Part shown: piece after piece, positions 15,416 through 20,971 of the stretch
How positions within the stretch are numbered: position 1 is the stretch's first letter
Layout: each line of letters begins with the position of its first letter
Source of the DNA: Candidatus Bathyarchaeum sp.
GTDB taxonomy: Archaea; Thermoproteota; Bathyarchaeia; Bathyarchaeales; Bathyarchaeaceae
Assembly (NCBI GenBank): GCA_026014495.1
Contig: JAOZIF010000133.1
Coordinates: forward strand, 1 to 20,971
Direction: 5' to 3'
Length of the DNA stretch: 20,971 nt
Translations under genes and position numbers: made by a program
The notes under the pieces: model-generated
Told to the model about the DNA's origin: nothing
The model's database searches: none
The model's input: only the letters and a program-made list of their open reading frames with translations

Positions 15416-16908
15416 ACTGGATTCCTCCTTATCCAACCTAAATCGTTCTTGTACAACAATCTAATGTCTTCAATTCCAAGCTTTAGAAGAATCAAACGCT
15501 CCAAGCCTCCACCCCACGCCAAAACAGGATGCTTCACGCCAAGAGGCGCCAAAACTTCTGGACGAAATATTCCCATACCACAAAGCTCAACCCAATTTTT
15601 CAGTTCTGGAACATAAACAGTAGACTGCAACGAGGGCTCGGTATACGGGAAGTAGCTAGGCCAGAACTGAACCTTTTCTAACCCAAGTTTTTTGTAAAAC
15701 TCTTTAAGGGTTCCCATAAGGTCACGCAGGGTCACCTTACAGTCCATAATTATTCCTTCAATTTGATGGAACTCTGCAAGATGCTTGTAATCCAATTTTT
15801 CGTTGCGGTAAACGCGGTCAACAGAGAATACTTTAACGGGAGGCTCCTTGTGTTCTGTCAAGTAACGAATTGTTGTAGCTGTTGTGTGAGTTCTGAGCAC
15901 AAGTTTCTTGGCTTCCTGTGGACTCCATTTATATTCCCATCCTCTAGAACCAGTAGTCCAGCCATTTTCATGAGTCGCTGCAACCGCATCAACAACACCT
16001 TTTTTGGGTAACTTACCCTGTTTTGGGTTAGCCAAATAAAAAGTGTCCACCATGTCCCGTGCTGGGTGGTCCTGAGGCTGAAACAGTGCATCAAAATTCC
16101 AGAATGCAGTTTCAACCATATCACCTCGAATCTCAGTGAAGCCCATCTCTAGGAATATTTCTTTGACCTGCTGAATTATCTGCTGAACAGGATGAATCTT
16201 CCCAGGAAAACTTACTGGACCGGGCGCAGTCACGTCGAAGCGTCTTAGTTTTACGTTTCGCCAGTTTCCTGTTCGGATAAGCTCTGGGGTTAGCTGGCTA
16301 ACTTCTTGCTGAACAATGATTCCTTGTTTAACAAGAGCCCAGCCATCGTCAGTTAATTCTAGTTCACGAAGGGTTTTCTCTTCGATTTCGACTAGTTTTC
16401 GGCCTTTCAAGTTTGGTATGCTTTTTTGTAGTTCTAAACTTAAGTCCTCGACGATTAGAGGAGTTTTTTTGGTTAAAAGTTGAATGAGTTTTTCATCATC
16501 TCCAAACGGGGGAGTCTTTAGAGGGTTTAGGTTTCCCTGTTTTATGGTTGCCCAGCCTTTGCGGTTAAGCCAACCTAAAGCAACGGAAACAAACTTTTTT
16601 TCTAAACCTGCGTCTTCGATAACACTATTAACGGCAGCGTCTCCACCAAGCTTTGCCAAAGAGTCTATCAGGCGTCTTTCTGGAAGACCGTGCTGTGCAT
16701 GGTAGCTGCCTTCTTCACTTAATGAAACTAGGGTCTGTTTTTGTTCATGAGTTACGATTAACTTATCTTCTGTTAGAGAAAGCACACCTCTCATAACAGC
16801 AGCGTGAGCCAACCCGCTAACGTCAACTATCTGCTCAACAGATGCTTTTCCTTTCAACTGTTCTAGGGCAAGTAATGTTTTTTGTTCATTTTCCCGAAGT
16901 TCAGGCAC
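15403..16908 (-). CDS. pheS: Phenylalanine--tRNA ligase alpha subunit (archaeal long form)
   Basis: FWNFDALFQPQDHPARD..DTFY; LRTHTT; RVYRNE..D..HLAEFHQIEG; YFPYTEPS; GMGIFRPE; WGGGLERL. Confidence 0.98.
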   Translation of the reverse strand: MPELRENEQKTLLALEQLKGKASVEQIVDVSGLAHAAVMRGVLSLTEDKLIVTHEQKQTLVSLSEEGSYHAQHGLPERRLIDSLAKLGGDAAVNSVIEDAGLEKKFVSVALGWLNRKGWATIKQGNLNPLKTPPFGDDEKLIQLLTKKTPLIVEDLSLELQKSIPNLKGRKLVEIEEKTLRELELTDDGWALVKQGIIVQQEVSQLTPELIRTGNWRNVKLRRFDVTAPGPVSFPGKIHPVQQIIQQVKEIFLEMGFTEIRGDMVETAFWNFDALFQPQDHPARDMVDTFYLANPKQGKLPKKGVVDAVAATHENGWTTGSRGWEYKWSPQEAKKLVLRTHTTATTIRYLTEHKEPPVKVFSVDRVYRNEKLDYKHLAEFHQIEGIIMDCKVTLRDLMGTLKEFYKKLGLEKVQFWPSYFPYTEPSLQSTVYVPELKNWVELCGMGIFRPEVLAPLGVKHPVLAWGGGLERLILLKLGIEDIRLLYKNDLGWIRRNPVCQQ

Positions 16909-17021
16909 CTACTTCTCCTCCGCATCTCCAGATTGTAACATGAAACAGAGTTGGTTTAGATTTATGACAAATAGGGCTTTAAAGGTTTTAACGAGTAAAT
17001 GCAAACACAGCCGTTTTTGAC

Positions 17022-18146
17022 TTAGTTGACGCCTAAGATTTCTCTTGCTTGGTCTACAAGTTTCTCCCGTTTTCTTTGATGCTCCTCAACAAACTTCATA
17101 ACAATCTGTTTTGTTCGAGCTTTATGTTCTCCACACAGTAGACTTCCACATTTGCAGCACTTGTATGTCTCGACTACATCGTTGTCGTCTTCGACAAAAT
17201 GGCACATCTCAATCTCGTAGATGGGACAAATTTCTGGAACGCCCCCTAGCTTCTTTTGCTCATCCACCGTAGCTCTTCCACCAGTAAAGGCACATGCAAT
17301 CTTTTTGCCAATAGCTTTCGGGGTCTCGTTTAGAGTGAAGTAGCTCATGGGATTCCGTTTAGACATTTTTGGAGAACCATCAAGCCCCTTCAAAATCTTA
17401 TGATACGTAGATGAAGGCGCAATAAATTTGAATTTACGACGAAACTTGTTGGCTAAATCTCTAGTCAACCGCAAATGCGCATCTTGGTCTACACCCACAG
17501 GAACAACAGTTGGTTTGGGACCTCCAAAATCTTTGAGCTGAGGCAAAAGTATGTCTCCAGCCTGAATAAGTGCTGAAAGATAAAGACCAATGTGGCGTTC
17601 ACCATAAATTGCTTTCATGGTTGCTAATGTTACGCCAGCACCAAAATGAACAGCCAAATCGCGGACACGTAACTCTTTGTATTGCCTGTAAATGTGACCC
17701 CGTTTAGGGTCAAATCCTAGTGCCAACAGGTCTGCAACGTTTCCGACCGCAATTTTTTCAGTTTCATCAAAGGACAGCCTGTTATCTTCGTAGGCTTCTA
17801 TATCTGCTATTGAATAGAATGCTTGGGCGCCCTGCTGCTGAAAATAAATAATTTCTTTGGCGGTCATGAGGGTTCCCAAATGGAATTCTCCAGTTGGTTT
17901 AATTCCGCTCATCACTGCAAAGTCGTCGCCCTGTTTCATTGTTTCTAGAACACGGTCAAAGTCGCGGTGACCAAAAATTACGCCACGTCGCATGTACATG
18001 TTTGGGTTTGGTACTTTAGAACACAGGTCATCAAATTTTTGTATACCAAATTCTTCATACAGGTGATTGTAGTCGTCAACCACCGTTGCTCCCCAAGGGT
18101 CAAGAACAGACTTTTTGTCAGCTGCAGCAGCCAAGTTTTGCTCCAC
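17022..18146 (-). CDS. trpS: Tryptophan--tRNA ligase
   Basis: RRGVIFGHRD; SGIKPTGEFHLG; Q.GDIL.PQ; VPVGVDQD.HLRLTRD; KMSK; AFTGGR. Confidence 0.97.
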   Translation of the reverse strand: MEQNLAAAADKKSVLDPWGATVVDDYNHLYEEFGIQKFDDLCSKVPNPNMYMRRGVIFGHRDFDRVLETMKQGDDFAVMSGIKPTGEFHLGTLMTAKEIIYFQQQGAQAFYSIADIEAYEDNRLSFDETEKIAVGNVADLLALGFDPKRGHIYRQYKELRVRDLAVHFGAGVTLATMKAIYGERHIGLYLSALIQAGDILLPQLKDFGGPKPTVVPVGVDQDAHLRLTRDLANKFRRKFKFIAPSSTYHKILKGLDGSPKMSKRNPMSYFTLNETPKAIGKKIACAFTGGRATVDEQKKLGGVPEICPIYEIEMCHFVEDDNDVVETYKCCKCGSLLCGEHKARTKQIVMKFVEEHQRKREKLVDQAREILGVN

Positions 18147-18172
18147 CTTTGCTAAACCGTAGAGTTTACATG

Positions 18173-18186
18173 TTTAAAGGTTTTCG
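18173..18186 (-). promoter_or_regulatory. BRE+TATA of trpS (predicts a near-leaderless mRNA)
   Basis: CGAAAACCTTTAAA on the minus strand, with the TATA ~30 nt upstream of GTG 18146. Confidence 0.45.
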
Positions 18187-18265
18187 AAAGAAAACATCCA
18201 TCCAAAACATAAACACAATATCCTTAACTCTTTTAACTTGCAAATAGGTTTAATGAAGCACGTGT

Positions 18266-19174
18266 ATGGTCATGTCAGTTCCTGAAGAAGATTTACAAAA
18301 ATATCAGCGTGCAGGCAAAATTGCCAGGGAAGTTCGGACAGAAATCAAAAGAACCGTCACAGAAGGAATGCCAATAATCGACATTTGTGAAAAGGTAGAG
18401 GGCTTAACAAGAGAAAAAGGAGGCAAACCAGCTTTTCCATGTAATGTCTCTGTTAACGAGATTGCTGCCCATTACACGTCACCTCCAAACGACAAACAAA
18501 CCATACCAGAAAAAGCCGTAGTTAAAGTGGACATCGGCGTTCACGTTGACGGATACATAGCAGACACAGCAACAACAATCTGCTTCAACCCAGAATACGA
18601 TGACATGGTTAACACAGCAGAAGAAGCTTTAGCACATGCTGTAGAAATACTTCGACCCGGACTTTCTATTACCCGTTTTGGCTCAGAAATTCAAAAAACC
18701 ATCAAAACACGGGGATACAAACCCGTTTCAAACCTCACAGGACACCTTATCAGAAGGTACATAATACACGCAGGAAAATCCTTGCCTAACGTCTTTAATC
18801 TCTCCACATCCAGACTAAAAGAGGGGGAAATATACGGAGTTGAACCGTTCGTAACAGTCGCAAACGCCGCGGGCAGAGTTGACAACCTAAAAGAAGAATA
18901 CATTTTCCGTTTCCAAAAAAACAAGTCCCTGAAAAACCCTTACGCCAAACAAATTCTAAGTTACATCAAAAAGAATTTTCTGACCCTACCATTCACAGAA
19001 AGGTGGCTGACTAAATTTGCTTCCTCTAACAACTACAAAAGCGCATTCTCTGAGCTTCTTTCATCTAAAGCTGTAATAGGATACCCAGTTTTTGTTGAAG
19101 AGCAAAGAAAAACAGTGGCTCAAGCAGAATACACGATTCTGATTGAGAAAGACGGCTGCGCTGTCTTAACATGA
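18266..19174 (+). CDS. map: Methionine aminopeptidase type II
   Basis: AFPCNVSVNEIAAHYT; KVDIGVHVDGYIADTA; NLTGH; EPF. The final AQAEYT has Y where most homologs have H. Confidence 0.96.
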   Translation: MVMSVPEEDLQKYQRAGKIAREVRTEIKRTVTEGMPIIDICEKVEGLTREKGGKPAFPCNVSVNEIAAHYTSPPNDKQTIPEKAVVKVDIGVHVDGYIADTATTICFNPEYDDMVNTAEEALAHAVEILRPGLSITRFGSEIQKTIKTRGYKPVSNLTGHLIRRYIIHAGKSLPNVFNLSTSRLKEGEIYGVEPFVTVANAAGRVDNLKEEYIFRFQKNKSLKNPYAKQILSYIKKNFLTLPFTERWLTKFASSNNYKSAFSELLSSKAVIGYPVFVEEQRKTVAQAEYTILIEKDGCAVLT

Positions 19175-19186
19175 CTTGACTAAATT

Positions 19187-19582
19187 TTAGTTCTTTTTCT
19201 TCTCAGGTTCCCGATACACTGCAGTTATAGTCATTGTTTCATTGCATTTTTGGCAAGACCCAACCTTTTTGAAGATATAATCTTCTCGTTGGAAGTCGCG
19301 GATGCTCTTGAAATCACATTTTGGACACTCTAACGTTGTTATCACACGGGGCAACTCAAGGGATGCACGCACAGGTGTTCTTCGGGTCTGCAACAGCCAA
19401 TACACAGAAAGAGCTAATCCACCAAAACCAATAACCAAGAAAGAGTAGCCATCAAGGGCTTCACTTTGATTAACTAACGAATCAGCTGCAACGTAAAGCG
19501 CACTCAACGACAAAATAAAGGCTATCACAATCATCATTAGAATAAATGGAGAAACTTTTTTAACAGAACTATTACTAGCCAT
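19187..19582 (-). CDS. Membrane protein with a C-terminal Zn-ribbon (conserved archaeal hypothetical)
   Basis: Two TM segments, then CPKC...REDYIFK..G.CQKC..TMTITAVY. ATG 19582 lies 5 nt after GGTGA (track start GTG 19591). Confidence 0.8.
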   Translation of the reverse strand: MASNSSVKKVSPFILMMIVIAFILSLSALYVAADSLVNQSEALDGYSFLVIGFGGLALSVYWLLQTRRTPVRASLELPRVITTLECPKCDFKSIRDFQREDYIFKKVGSCQKCNETMTITAVYREPEKKKN

Positions 19583-19591
19583 CTTTTTCAC

Positions 19592-20713
19592 CTATTGCCC
19601 AATACCTATTGTATTTCCAATTCCCGCGATTATCACAGTATCGCCCTTCTTAGTTCGCTCCAGAATCAAACGCTTAATTCGTTCAATCACAGGGTCAGCT
19701 GCGTCAAAAATTTCTTTACGCATTGGAGAAACCGCATCTCCAAGGTCCTGCTTGACAATGATTGCATTTAATGGAATCTTGTTTTTCATTATTGCCTCTT
19801 CTATCTTGAACTGTTCGACTCCAGGTCCGCCGATTGCAGCACCAACACCCTCAGCTACTTCTCCAGGTTTTTCTCCTTCCAGTTTCAGCGCTGCATCTAT
19901 CATGATGATTGAGGCAATTTTTCCTTTTTTCTCTTTTATAATCTGGCTTATACCTTCTCCAGGTTTGCCTACATTTCCTCCTGGACCTTTAGCCTTCAAA
20001 ACATAAGCTGTTCGACCTTCGATGGGCACTTTAGCTACAACCACATCACGAGCTATGTCTTTTGTTTCATACCCCTGCATTAGTTTGGCTGCAACAAGCG
20101 GTCCAGCGCCGTCACCTATTGGTTGTCCAACAGAGAAAGCATGTAACGCCTGAGCATAAGCGTCTGCCTGTTGCATTATTAGCGGTAGTACCATCTGGAT
20201 TTGCATGATTACATAGAGGCTTAGAGTTTTTTTGCCAAGCAAATAGAAGTGTCGAATAATCTTGTAGATCATGTGTAGTGCCATTGCAGCTTCCAGTGTG
20301 TTCTCTAGGTTGTTTAGTTGGGTTTCATCTGCTTCGGGTGCCATGAGTTTTACTTCGTCTTTGAAGCGGGCATCTCTAACATCAAGAACATGTTCTAGTT
20401 TCCAGACAATTCCTGAAGGATCCATGTTTTGTGGGCTTATTGATATGTATTCCATGAATTGATCGATTCGATCAGATGGGTCTCCAACAGGTTTCCCGAT
20501 CTCTTTTATTGTCTCTAGAGCTACCTTTCGGCCATCGTCTCTCATGGACTTGAGACGACGTAGATGTGTTTCAACATCTCTGATCATAACCATCATTTGA
20601 ATTCGTTGACTGTAAAACATGAAAACAACAAAAACGATGATGTATCCAAATTGGAAAACCCAAGAAATAATATTGTCTCCGCCACCTAGTAAACTTGCGA
20701 GTTGTATGTTCAT
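19592..20713 (-). CDS. DUF1512-family membrane-anchored protein
   Basis: N-terminal TM; P...DP.GIV.KLEH; PIGDGAGPLVA; IDAALKLEGE..G.VAEGVGAAIGG.G.E; GIGNTIGIGQ terminus; GAGGTG SD. Confidence 0.88.
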   Translation of the reverse strand: MNIQLASLLGGGDNIISWVFQFGYIIVFVVFMFYSQRIQMMVMIRDVETHLRRLKSMRDDGRKVALETIKEIGKPVGDPSDRIDQFMEYISISPQNMDPSGIVWKLEHVLDVRDARFKDEVKLMAPEADETQLNNLENTLEAAMALHMIYKIIRHFYLLGKKTLSLYVIMQIQMVLPLIMQQADAYAQALHAFSVGQPIGDGAGPLVAAKLMQGYETKDIARDVVVAKVPIEGRTAYVLKAKGPGGNVGKPGEGISQIIKEKKGKIASIIMIDAALKLEGEKPGEVAEGVGAAIGGPGVEQFKIEEAIMKNKIPLNAIIVKQDLGDAVSPMRKEIFDAADPVIERIKRLILERTKKGDTVIIAGIGNTIGIGQ

Positions 20714-20921
20714 TAACAGTCACACACCTCAAAGGTCACATAGTTGGTAATAAATTTTGAGTATTTCCAAGAAATGTTCGCTGAGCATGTTAGGTAGAAT
20801 TAAAAGAAATGTTTGAAAATAGCAGAGAGGTGCTGTTTTTAAATAAAAAATTGGCACTGTAAGGCTATTTTGTTATGAAAGAAGTGTACAAAGAATTGGA
20901 TGCTAATTAGGTTTAAGTGAT

Positions 20922-20971
20922 TGCCAGCTTTCCCGGCTTCACATGGCCGAAGACCACACTAGCACCGGAAA
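20922..20971 (-). rRNA. rrf: 5S rRNA, 3' part (continues beyond the window)
   Basis: The minus strand reads ..CCGGUGCUAGUGUGGUCUUCGGCCAUGUGAAGCCGGGAAAGCUGGC. This gives a helix IV hairpin GUGGUC-UUC-GGCCAU, CCGGU/GCCGG helix V and a GCUGGC helix I strand, matching the archaeal 5S 3' architecture. Confidence 0.7.

Noticed and set aside
1237-20462. The many remaining 60-155 aa ORFs antisense to or nested in assigned genes
   Set aside because: They are shadows of well-supported genes with no independent motifs.
1-20971. CRISPR array, IS element, integrase, tRNA, or Sec/Pyl read-through
   Set aside because: I saw no spaced direct repeats, terminal inverted repeats with a transposase, or cloverleaf. 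The sequence after the TAG/TGA stops I examined closes within a short distance and shows no homology.

Overview
Archaeal chromosomal window with about 40% GC. TACK-type gene content and frequent TTG/GTG starts behind GGAGG/GGTGA Shine-Dalgarno (SD) motifs suggest a Bathyarchaeia-like host; this is inference, not a database result. Left part (~0.8-6.4 kb): an uncharacterised anaerobe-type metallocluster locus. It has an Lrp/AsnC regulator with a Cys-rich tail, Mrp/ApbC, three NifX/NifB-family proteins, two tandem ferredoxin-inserted MinD-like ATPases, a CooT-like protein, DUF134 and DUF5320, but no nitrogenase or CO dehydrogenase (CODH) gene in the window. Right part: housekeeping genes rnhB, cutA, a nucleotidyltransferase, pelota, dnaG, a small TOPRIM protein, tyrS, pheT, pheS, trpS, map, a Zn-ribbon membrane protein, DUF1512 and the 3' end of a 5S rRNA. 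Between tyrS and pheT lie a 3-gene XRE/DUF2178 cassette and a ~240-nt GC-rich structured non-coding element. That element has its own promoter-like motif and two ACA-terminated hairpins whose pockets match conserved 23S peptidyl-transferase-centre (PTC) and 16S sequences, making it a candidate box H/ACA guide RNA. Other highlights: dnaG has no canonical start codon for its conserved N-terminus, and DUF1512 looks like a permuted YyaC/GPR/HybD-type aspartic peptidase. No mobile element or CRISPR array was seen.
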